Shown here: piece by piece, positions 1-8,600 of the stretch
How positions within the stretch are numbered: position 1 is the first letter of the stretch
Layout of the letters: every line of letters starts with the position of its first letter
From: Betaproteobacteria bacterium
GTDB taxonomy: Bacteria; Pseudomonadota; Gammaproteobacteria; Burkholderiales; Burkholderiaceae_F
DNA length: 33,406 nt
Assembly: GCA_046316025.1 (NCBI GenBank)
Contig: JBKCXU010000149.1
Location: 1-33,406 of the forward strand
Direction: 5' to 3'
Translations under genes and position numbers: made by a program
The notes under the pieces: generated by a model
What the model saw: the letters and a program-made list of their open reading frames with translations, nothing else
The model's database searches: none
What the model was told of the DNA's origin: nothing

Positions 1-16
1 GTTCCAGGGGCCCGGC

Positions 17-141
17 CGCTGATGGGTTACTGCTCGCCCCCACCCCAGACCTCCCCCGCTTCGCTGGGGAGGGAGTTTTCCCCCTCCCCTGCGAAGCGGG
101 GGAGGGCTGGGGTGGGGGCGAGCAGTACCCCATCAGCGGCC
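17..141. repeat. ~125-bp near-perfect palindromic (hairpin) REP/MITE-like element. Arms 36-76 and 82-121 have core ...CCCCTCCCCTGCGAAGCGGGGGAGGGCTGGGGTGGGGGCG. Outer flanks are also inverted (ccgctgatgggttactgctcg / cgagcagtaccccatcagcgg). It begins at the ubiB stop codon.
   Basis: Read directly: left arm reverse-complements the right arm. The same 40-nt right arm recurs at 25408-25448. Confidence 0.8.
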
Positions 142-1716
142 GGGCAACTTGAACCCGAAAAACGCCCACGCCGCCATGATCGCCAGCGCCGCCACAGCGG
201 TGATGCCGATCAGCAGCAGCCGGTTGCGCCGCTCGGTCTCGGTGCGCAGGCGGCGCAGCTCCAGCATCGTTTGCGCGTGCCGCGCCGGCGCGGTTTCCAG
301 CACCTGATGCACCAGCCGCGGCAACTGCGGCAGCAGCGCCGCCCATTGCGCGCCTTCGCGCTTGACGCGATCTTCCAAGCCTTTGAAGCCGGCCTGCTCG
401 TCCATCCAGCGTTCGAGAAACGGCTTGGCCGTCTTCCACAAGTCGAGATCGGGGTCGAGCTGGCGGCCGAGGCCTTCGATGTTGAGCAGCGTCTTTTGCA
501 GCAGCACCAGTTGCGGCTGCACCTCGACGTTGAAGCGCCGGCTGGCCGCAAAGAGGCGCAGCAACACCTGCGCGAACGAAATGTCCTTCAACGGCCGGTC
601 GAAGATCGGCTCGCACACGACGCGGATCTCCGCCTCCAGCCGATCGACCGGCGTGCCGGCCGGCACCCAGCCGGACTCGACGTGCAATTGCGCCACGCGC
701 TTGTAGTCGCGGCGGAAGAACGCGATGAAGTTCTGCGTCAGGTAGTTCTTGTCGTCGTCGGTCAGCGTGCCGACGATGCCGAAGTCCAGCGCGATCCAGC
801 GGCCAAAGTCCGCCGGCCGCGCCGGATCGATGCCGACGAAGATGTTGCCCGGGTGCATGTCGGCGTGGAAAAACCCGTCGCGCAGCGACTGCGTGAAGAA
901 GATCTCCACCGCGTCGGCCGACAGCCGCTTGATGTCGATGCCGGCGGCGCGGATCGCCTCGATCTGGCTCACCGGCACGCCGTACATGCGCTCCATCACG
1001 ATCACGTTGTCGGCGCAGGTGTCCCAGAACATCTCGGGGATGCGCAACTGCCTGGACTGCGCAAAGTTGCGTCGCAGCTGCGAGGCATTGGCGGCCTCGC
1101 GCATCAGATCGAGCTCGTCGTGCAGATAGCGGTCGAACTCGGCCACCACCTCGCGCGGGCGCAGGCGGCGGCCGTCGCGCCACAGCCGCTCGATCAGCGC
1201 GGCGGCGGTTTCCATCAGCGCGAGGTCGCGCTCCACCGCGGCCAGCATGCCGGGCCGCAGCACCTTGACTGCGACCTCGCGCCCGGCGTGCGGGCCGCTT
1301 TTGAGCGTCGCAAAGTGCACCTGCGCGATCGAGGCACTCGCCACCGGCTCGCGCTCGAAGCTGGCAAACACTTCGTCGATCTTGCGGCCCAGGCCGCGCT
1401 CGATCTCGGCGATCGCCACGTCGGGGTCGAACGGCGGCACGCGGTCTTGCAGCTTGGCGAGTTCGTCGGCGATGTCGGCCGGAATCACGTCGCGCCGGGT
1501 GGACAGCAGCTGGCCGAACTTGACGAAGAGCGGCCCCAGATCCACCAGCGCGCGGCGCAGCCGCTCACCGCGCGGCGCCTGCGTCTCGCGGCCGAAGGCA
1601 AAGAAGCCCAGCAGCCGCTGCAAGCCGCGGCTGCGCAGGCTGGAGACGGCCAATTCGTCGAGGCCGAAACGGTGTGCCGTTCGCAGGATGCGGGCCAGCC
1701 GCAGCAGGCGCGTCAC
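133..1716 (-). CDS. ubiB: Ubiquinone biosynthesis protein UbiB (ABC1/AarF atypical kinase family)
   Basis: 527-aa ORF. N-terminus [25 protein letters not shown]1 kinase-like motifs ([20 protein letters not shown]). C-terminal TM helix. ATGA overlap with the upstream ubiJ stop. Confidence 0.9.
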   Translation of the reverse strand: MTRLLRLARILRTAHRFGLDELAVSSLRSRGLQRLLGFFAFGRETQAPRGERLRRALVDLGPLFVKFGQLLSTRRDVIPADIADELAKLQDRVPPFDPDVAIAEIERGLGRKIDEVFASFEREPVASASIAQVHFATLKSGPHAGREVAVKVLRPGMLAAVERDLALMETAAALIERLWRDGRRLRPREVVAEFDRYLHDELDLMREAANASQLRRNFAQSRQLRIPEMFWDTCADNVIVMERMYGVPVSQIEAIRAAGIDIKRLSADAVEIFFTQSLRDGFFHADMHPGNIFVGIDPARPADFGRWIALDFGIVGTLTDDDKNYLTQNFIAFFRRDYKRVAQLHVESGWVPAGTPVDRLEAEIRVVCEPIFDRPLKDISFAQVLLRLFAASRRFNVEVQPQLVLLQKTLLNIEGLGRQLDPDLDLWKTAKPFLERWMDEQAGFKGLEDRVKREGAQWAALLPQLPRLVHQVLETAPARHAQTMLELRRLRTETERRNRLLLIGITAVAALAIMAAWAFFGFKLPGR

Positions 1717-2327
1717 GGTCGTTCCGCTTGCTCGATGCGCTCGAGGCGCTTTTCCAGCCGCGCCACGTCGTCGCGCAGCGCGGTCACCGCGCGGCCGAAC
1801 TCTTCCACGTCCGCGCGGGCGGCGAGCAGCGGGTTCTCGGCAACGAAGTAATCGGCGGTGGTCTGCGCCAGCCGCTCGCCGCCCACCCGCACCTGCGTCA
1901 GCACCGCGCGCACGGCGTCGACGATGCGCACCGCGGCGGCGTCGCCGACGAAGCGCGACAACTCTTCTTCGGCGTCCGGCTTGAGGTTGGTCAGCACGAA
2001 GGCGAGCGCCTGCGCGAACTCCGCGTCGCCCGCCAGCCGCACCTTGCGCATCGCCGCGCCGGGGTCGAGCAGCATCGCGGGCAGGCTGTCCATGGCCACT
2101 GCAACGCTCACGTCCGGCTCGCCCTGCGCGGCGGCGAGCATGCCGCCGTCGGCCACGGCGAGCGCCACCGCAAACGGCCCGGCGCCGATGCGCGCGCTGC
2201 GTCCGGCAAAGGGCGCGAGCTTTTCGCGCGCCCAGGGCTCACGCGCGAGCAGGTGGTTTAGCACCGCCAGCGCCGCCTCGGTGGCCAGGCGGTCGAGCGG
2301 CAAAACGGGAGGCGAGTCGTGATTCAC
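1713..2327 (-). CDS. ubiJ: Ubiquinone biosynthesis accessory factor UbiJ (SCP2 domain). GTG start chosen inside a longer ORF.
   Basis: Translation [44 protein letters not shown]... matches the UbiJ/YigP N-terminal pattern. Stop overlaps the ubiB ATG. The N-terminal 110 aa of the longer ORF are W/R-rich junk. Confidence 0.7.
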   Translation of the reverse strand: MNHDSPPVLPLDRLATEAALAVLNHLLAREPWAREKLAPFAGRSARIGAGPFAVALAVADGGMLAAAQGEPDVSVAVAMDSLPAMLLDPGAAMRKVRLAGDAEFAQALAFVLTNLKPDAEEELSRFVGDAAAVRIVDAVRAVLTQVRVGGERLAQTTADYFVAENPLLAARADVEEFGRAVTALRDDVARLEKRLERIEQAERP

Positions 2328-2436
2328 GCGGCGGCCCCGCGCGCGTGCGGCGCGCGAGCGCGCGATTGTCGCAAAAACATCCGAGCCAGCTTGAGAGCCG
2401 CGCGAGCGACGACGCCACGCGGCATACCCACCGAAA

Positions 2437-2856
2437 TCAAGGGTTCGCTCGTCGCCGTCGAGCCGCCCATACGAAGACCGCGCCTGTCGCCGCTCCCATA
2501 CAGATCGCAACCACAACCGCGCCGAGCGGCGGAAGCCCGTAACTGCGCTCCAAAACAGCCACCGCCACGCCCGACGCTGGTGCGCCCACGATGAGAGAGA
2601 GGCTCGCCCAAGACGACTCGACACCCTGCGGTCGCCGTGCATGCAAGGCGCGCACACCGGCAGCGAGCATCAGGAACAGCACATGCAGCGCCATCGTGAG
2701 CAGACCCACCGTCAGCAGCCACTGGCCGGGGTACAGCGCAATATCCGCGCCCAGCGCGGGCGCGATGAAGCTCGCCCAGAAACCGGCCAACCCCCCTCCG
2801 ACGGCGCCTGCCGCACCAAAAGGCGCCGGGGCCGCGTGGCTACGATTGGCCCCCAT
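2437..2856 (-). CDS. Small hypothetical membrane protein (3-4 predicted TM helices)
   Basis: 139-aa ORF with long hydrophobic stretches (GLAGFWASFIAPALGADIALYPGQWLLTVGLLTMALHVLFLMLAAGV; LGAVVVAICMGAATGAVFVWAA). High GC3. Fills an otherwise 540-nt gap between the Tim44-like gene and ubiJ. No obvious SD. Confidence 0.45.
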   Translation of the reverse strand: MGANRSHAAPAPFGAAGAVGGGLAGFWASFIAPALGADIALYPGQWLLTVGLLTMALHVLFLMLAAGVRALHARRPQGVESSWASLSLIVGAPASGVAVAVLERSYGLPPLGAVVVAICMGAATGAVFVWAARRRRANP

Positions 2857-2869
2857 TCAACGAAAGTCG

Positions 2870-3838
2870 TCAGCCGAGCTGCTGAATCCCCGCCAGCAAC
2901 CAGCCGCCGCTGCCGTCGGTGGGCTTGCTGAGGTTCCACACCTCGTCGAAGCGCTCTTCTTCGCCGTTGCGTTTCATCACGCCCGTGAAGCGCACGCTGG
3001 CCACGTGCTCGCGGGTGCCGGTGTCGATGCCGAGCAGGGTGGCGTCGAGCGATGCGACTTCGCTCGCGCCGCCGTCGCGCGGCTGCGCGCGCAGCTCGTG
3101 CGTGAGGGCGATGAAGAGCTCGTGCGTGGTGAAGTCGGCCAACGCGTTGAGGTCGCCGCGATCCCAGGCGTCTTGCAGCTTGCCGAAATAGCCGCGCGCG
3201 TGACCGAGGAAGCCTTCGACGTCGAAGCCGGCCGGGATCGACAGCGCCGCCGGTGCGACCGACGCACCGCGGACGAACTCATCCATGGCCGAGCCCGGGC
3301 GCGCCGCCTGTGCAGGCTCGAGCGCCGCGCGTTGCAGCGGCTGCGGCGCGGGCTGCGCTTCGTAGCCGACCGGCTCGTCGCGGGTGGCGATGCGGCCGGG
3401 GTTGCCGTGGCTGTAGGCCGGCGCCGGCTGCGCACCGCGCATCCGCGCAAAGACCACGCGCAGCACGATCATGAGAACGATGCCGATCAGCAGCGCCATC
3501 AGCAGCATGGCGAATCCTTCGCCGAAGCCGAGCCAGGAGGCCAGCGCGGCAAGGCCCAGGCCGGCGGCCAGGCCCATCAGCGCGCCACGCCAGGGGCTCG
3601 CTGCCTTGGCGGCGGCCCCCGCCGCGGCGGGCGCGGCAGCCGCGGGCTGCGGCGCCGTTTGCGGTGCGGTCTGTTGCGGCGACTGCTGCGGGGCCTGCGG
3701 CGGCTGCGCCTGGCGTTGCGCCGGCGCGGACTGCTTGCCAAGGCTCTTGCCCCCGCCCAGGCGGCGCTGGGCGTCGGCATCCATGGCCAGGGTGGCGGCA
3801 AATATGCCGATCACGATCATTGCGATCCACTTGCTCAT
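2870..3838 (-). CDS. Tim44-like domain protein of the ubi cluster. Start trimmed to MSKWIAMIVIG (signal/TM), followed by a Q/P/A-rich linker.
   Basis: C-terminal ...GYFGKLQDAWDRGDLNALADFTTHELF...FDEVWNLSKPTDGSGGWLLAGIQQLG is Tim44-like. GGAG RBS sits 8 nt upstream of the ATG at 3838. Confidence 0.75.
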   Translation of the reverse strand: MSKWIAMIVIGIFAATLAMDADAQRRLGGGKSLGKQSAPAQRQAQPPQAPQQSPQQTAPQTAPQPAAAAPAAAGAAAKAASPWRGALMGLAAGLGLAALASWLGFGEGFAMLLMALLIGIVLMIVLRVVFARMRGAQPAPAYSHGNPGRIATRDEPVGYEAQPAPQPLQRAALEPAQAARPGSAMDEFVRGASVAPAALSIPAGFDVEGFLGHARGYFGKLQDAWDRGDLNALADFTTHELFIALTHELRAQPRDGGASEVASLDATLLGIDTGTREHVASVRFTGVMKRNGEEERFDEVWNLSKPTDGSGGWLLAGIQQLG

Positions 3839-3896
3839 CGTTGCTCCCGGTAACGGGTCCGTCAATCGCGCCGCAGCGGGAACGAGGGACCAGCGG

Positions 3897-4661
3897 TCAG
3901 ACTTTGTGCCCCACATGCAGCGCACATACGCCCGCGGTGAGGTTGAACCATTCAACGCGCGCCAGGCCGGCTTGCTCCATCATCGCCGCGAGTTCTTGCT
4001 GCGGCGGATGCATGCGGATCGACTCGGCCAGATAGCGGTAACTGTCTGCGTCGCCCGCAATGCGACTGCCCAGCCACGGCAGCACGTTGAACGAGTACGC
4101 ATCGTAGAGGGGAGCGAGCGGCGACCATATCCGGGAAAACTCCAGAACCAGCAGGCGCCCGCCCGGCCGCAAGACGCGCCGCATCTCGGCCAGCGCGGCG
4201 TCCTTGTTCGTCATGTTGCGCAGGCCGAAGGCGACGGTCGCGACATCGAAGGTGTCGTCGGGAAAAGGCAAGAACTCCGCGTCGCACTGCGCCACCGGCA
4301 GCAGCTGGCCGGCGTCGACCATGCGGTCGCGGCCCACGGCGAGCATCGAGCCGTTGATGTCGGTGAGCCACACCTGCCCGCTCGGCCCGGCCTGGCGAGC
4401 AAAGCTGAGCGCCAGGTCGCCGGTGCCGCCGGCGATATCGAGCACGCGCATGCCCAGGCGCACGCGCGCCTGCCGCAGCGTGAACGCCTTCCACAGCCGA
4501 TGCAGGCCGGCCGACATCACGTCGTTCATCAGGTCGTACTTGCGCGCGACGGAGTCGAACACGCCGGCGACGTGGCGGGCTTTTTCGCCCGCGGCCACCT
4601 GCTGGTAGCCGAAGTGGGTGGTGGCGGCGTCGTCCGCCGCGGGGGTCTTGTCGTCGTTCAT
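3897..4661 (-). CDS. ubiE: Ubiquinone/menaquinone C-methyltransferase UbiE
   Basis: 254 aa. SAM motif [12 protein letters not shown]. Conserved UbiE N-terminus FGYQQV...[18 protein letters not shown]. Confidence 0.92.
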   Translation of the reverse strand: MNDDKTPAADDAATTHFGYQQVAAGEKARHVAGVFDSVARKYDLMNDVMSAGLHRLWKAFTLRQARVRLGMRVLDIAGGTGDLALSFARQAGPSGQVWLTDINGSMLAVGRDRMVDAGQLLPVAQCDAEFLPFPDDTFDVATVAFGLRNMTNKDAALAEMRRVLRPGGRLLVLEFSRIWSPLAPLYDAYSFNVLPWLGSRIAGDADSYRYLAESIRMHPPQQELAAMMEQAGLARVEWFNLTAGVCALHVGHKV

Positions 4662-4696
4662 GGCGCGGCACTATAGCGACGCGCCCGCGCCGCCGC

Positions 4697-5113
4697 TCAA
4701 TGGCCGCAGGCGGGCGTCGGCGCGGCGAAGACCGCGTTGCGCGCATCGCCGGGGTCGCGGCTGGCGCCGGCAGCCTCCATTTGCGCGAGGTACTCGACCC
4801 ACAGGCGGTCCTGCTCGCAGCCAAGCTCGTACAGGTACTTCCACGAGTAGATGCCGGAGTTGTGCCCGTCGGAAAACGTCGGTTGCACCGCGTAGTAGCC
4901 GACCGGCTCCAGCTGGGTGATGCTCACCTCGCGCTTGCCGACCTGCAAGACCTCCTGCCCCGGCCCGTGGCCGCGCACCTCGGCCGAGGGCGAGTACACG
5001 CGCAGGAACTCGAAGGGCAGGCGAAAGCGCCGCCCGTCGTCGAAGGCGATCTCGAGCACGCGCGAGGCGGCGTGCAGGACGATTTCGGTGGGCTGGGGGC
5101 GGTCCGCCGGCAT
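4697..5113 (-). CDS. DUF971 family protein (gamma-butyrobetaine hydroxylase-like N-terminal domain). Start at MPADRPQPTEI inside a longer spurious ORF.
   Basis: LEIAFDDGRRFRLPFEFLRVYSPSAEVRGHG...YAVQPTFSDGHNSGIYSWKYLYELG is characteristic of DUF971. Confidence 0.7.
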   Translation of the reverse strand: MPADRPQPTEIVLHAASRVLEIAFDDGRRFRLPFEFLRVYSPSAEVRGHGPGQEVLQVGKREVSITQLEPVGYYAVQPTFSDGHNSGIYSWKYLYELGCEQDRLWVEYLAQMEAAGASRDPGDARNAVFAAPTPACGH

Positions 5114-5139
5114 GGGGCGACGATAGCGCGGCGCGCCGG

Positions 5140-5628
5140 CTAGCGGCCCCAGCAGCGGTCGAACAAGGCGCCGTTCGTCGTATGGCCAGCGCACCCGGTG
5201 CCCGCGACAGCGGCGTCGACCAGGCAGCGCGCACCGGACTGGTCGATTCGGAACGCGCCGCACTCGTCGTTGGCTTGCGGACCGGCCGGCGTTGCGGTGA
5301 GCGTGTAAGTCGCCGCGGTCAAGTTGCCCAGCGCAATGTTGTAGCGCACGGTGCCGGCCTCCGGCGCGCGCGCAAACGCGGCCGGGAGGGTGATCGCCGT
5401 GGCGGCTTGGTTCTGGTCGAAGCGCCGCGAGCGCGACTGGTTGTTTTCGACCCATTGGGCCGCCAGCGAAAGCGCTGTTCTGGCGTCCTTGCGCGCACTG
5501 CGGGCGACGGCCTCGGAGTAGTTGGGGATGGCAATCGCTGCCAAGATAGCCAGGATCGCCACCACCACCATCAATTCGACCAGCGTGATGCCCTCGCGCC
5601 GACGGTGCCAACGAGTTCGATGAGTCAT
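5140..5628 (-). CDS. pilE: Type IV pilin-like protein (PilE-type minor pilin)
   Basis: Prepilin N-terminus ...RRREG|ITLVELMVVVAILAILAAIAIPNY (N-methyl/F-T-L-x-E motif, hydrophobic helix). It is the last gene of the fimU-pilVWXY1E operon. Confidence 0.8.
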   Translation of the reverse strand: MTHRTRWHRRREGITLVELMVVVAILAILAAIAIPNYSEAVARSARKDARTALSLAAQWVENNQSRSRRFDQNQAATAITLPAAFARAPEAGTVRYNIALGNLTAATYTLTATPAGPQANDECGAFRIDQSGARCLVDAAVAGTGCAGHTTNGALFDRCWGR

Positions 5629-5640
5629 CGCCGCTCCCCT

Positions 5641-8600
5641 TTACTCCCTCGGCAGTTCACGCCAGACGCGCAGCGTTTGCGAGTCACCACCGAACCCAAC
5701 TGTTCCCGTGACACCACTACGGATACCTGACCCCACGCCGGCAGAGGACGCGTTCAACAAGTGCGGGCTCAGCGTCTCGAGCATCTTCTCCAGTCCGTCC
5801 CGCCTAAGTACGCGGGTTGACTGTGAACAGTCGTCACCAGTGCAGGGGCCGCGGCTGCCTACCGGGGTGCCGAGCAACGCCTGATTCCCGACCGTCGCCT
5901 CCTGCAAGGAAAACGCCACGCACTGCTTGTTGCGGTCGGCGAAAGCGGCGCGGCTAAAGCTGCCGACGAGGTCGAGCCGATACGCAAAGGAGCGTCCGCC
6001 GCCGGCGCAGGGGTCGCCGCCGGCAACCGGCTCGAAGGTCGAGAAGTTGACGAACCCGGCGTCTTCAACCGGGGGGACGAGAACCCGCTCACCGGTGGTC
6101 TCCGTGCCGACGATCAGGTCGAAGTAGAAGCCGAGGTCGGTGGTGAAGTCGATCGACCCCTGGCCGCTCAAGACGCGACCCACGCGGGCTTCGTCCGCGG
6201 CAGTGCACTGGCCGTCGGTATCGGCAGTACGACCGTCGCTGCCGAGCGTCAGCTGGCGCAGGGCCGAGCGCGCGACCTCTGCCGGCGAGGCCGGGGTCTT
6301 CTCCCACAGCACGTAGATCGACTGAACCGAGAGGTCGTCGCGATCCAGCCGCTCGAAGAACTTGCCGGTGCCGAAGGCGATGTAGCGGCCGCCAAACGGA
6401 TGCTCCATCACCCGCGGCGCCGCGGTGATCGGCTGGCGCGGCGCCGTCGTTGTCGACCCGTAGCGCGCTTCGAAGAGCTTGGTGCCGGTCACGGCGGCAA
6501 GTTCGGTGGCCGATGTGGCCGCCGACAAGTCGAACTTCCACAGCCGACCCAGCCGGTCGCCGGCGTAGATCGCAACGATGTTGCGGTTGCTGTCGTAGAC
6601 GGGCGTGACGCCGCCCAGACCGTTGGGCCGCTTCAGCGGATCGGTGTCGGCCGGGTTGCTGCCGCCGGCGTCGTCCGTCGCGAGCGAGAGCACGCCACCC
6701 GTGGACAGATTGATCGCCAACAAGCGCGCTTTGTCGTTCTCGCTCTCGTAGCCGTTGCCGACGAAGTAGTACCAGTTGCCGTCCTTGGCGCTGCCGATCA
6801 CGCCGGGCTGCAGGATATGGCCGATATCGTCGTGATCCGCACCGGTCAGATCCCACAGTACCTTCTGCGCGCTCATCGATGTCGGATCCGTCACGTCGAG
6901 CGCAAAGACTGAGCCGCCCAGCCGTGCGCTGCCCGCCGACCATGTACCGCCGACGCCAGTCGTGCCAACCACGACCGTACGCCACGCGTCGTTCAGGTAA
7001 ACGTCGCCCTCGGCGCTGGGGCCGTCGACAAAGAAACGGTGGTCGTATTCGGGGCGGCTCAGCAAGTTCAATTGCCCGTAAACGGCGCGCGGCACGTAAC
7101 CGAAGAGCTCCTTGCCGTCGGCCGCGTCGAAGGCGTGGAAGATGCCGCCATTGGCGCCGACGTAGATCGCGGCGCGACGCGTGCTCCGCTTTGAAGTCAC
7201 ATACGTGGGATAACTTGACGCGGCCGAGGCCGCCGCCGCCGGTGCACGCGCCGAGCTGTAGAAGAAATCCCGCGCGCGCGAGTACAGCGGCTGCGAGTTG
7301 ACGATATCCGCCAGCAGCGACAGGCGACGGCGATATACGCCGTTGGTCTGGCCGATCTCCTTGGATTGGTCGCCGCGCAGGTAGTCGAGCACATCTTGAC
7401 TGCCGATCTGATCGGCTTGCTCGTCCGTGAGATCGTCGACATCGGCAAAAGCGACCCCCCCAGCCACGTCGTCGGTGGAAGTGAGCAAAGTGCGCTGGGT
7501 GTAGACGGGGAAGTTGGCGCGCCACAGCGGCTCCGGCGCCGCCGTGCCGGCGGTAGCCGCGGTAAACAGCGCCGGCGCATCGAAAGCCTCCAGCTGGCCA
7601 GACCACCGCCTGCTGATGAAGCTGGCCTGGAAGATGCGGTCGCCGGTCGTCACTCGGGTCGACGTGCTGACCAAGCCGGTGCCGCTGCCCTCCTGTTCGG
7701 CGATGACCCCCAACACGGCCGCCACTTCGCGCGCCAGCGCGGCAACGTCGGTTGCCGAAAGGAAGTCGCCGCGCGACGCAAGGGCAGCGCGCAGCACGTC
7801 GTTGCGCCGGCCGCAGCCGCTGGCCGGCTCCGTGCCGCCGAAGGCCAGGCACGCCGCGTCGTTGTCGGTGACGACGGTCTGCGCCGTGTTCACCGGCGGC
7901 CAACTGATCGAGCTGCGCGCGGCTGCGGCGGAGCGCGTCGCTGCGGTGTCGCGCGAGGCGGAGATCCCGTAGCCGACGACATACGTCGTGAGGCTCTGCC
8001 AGAACGCCTCGTTACGCCGCTCTGCCGGCTCGTCGATCGGGCCGATATTGTTCAACAAGTCGGGGCGCAGGTCGCGGCTCCACCAGAACAGGGTGGCATC
8101 CGACAGGGTGCCGGTGGGCGAGCCAGACACCTGCGAAATGTGCACTTCGGCGGCGGGTTCATAGGTGTACTCGCGCCCGGCGACCGAGCCGCCCCCAGCG
8201 TGAGTCGGTCCATCAACGCTGATGGCAGTCGTCGGCAGGTAACCCTGGGTCGTCACGAAATCGTTGGGCAAGCCCGCGCTGGTGCGCGACTCGATGCGGG
8301 GCTGCTGCGGCGGGGTGACGGCCGGCACCTTGGTCCATTCGCCATCGCTGATGATGATCGCGTAGTTACGCCGACACGAGATATGGTCGTCCGACTCTTC
8401 GGTGGTCTGCCAGGCTGCAGCCGTGGTCGCCCGGTCGTCGATCCACGGCCCGCGGTTGTCGGTCCGCGCGAGGTAACGGCCAATGGCGTCCACCGCTTCC
8501 CGGGTCGGCGTCGCGCCCACGCCACGCACGCTGAAGAGCCAGTCGAACACTTCCTGCCGCGCGTTGCTGGAGCCCGGCGCTGGCGCCGGTAAGGTCTGCG

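Noticed and set aside
22-1851. 609-aa plus-strand ORF
   Set aside because: It is antisense to ubiB. The R/A/Q-rich low-complexity translation is typical of spurious ORFs in high-GC DNA.
6089-7903. 604-aa minus-strand ORF
   Set aside because: It is an alternative frame inside pilY1. Arg/Gly-rich junk.
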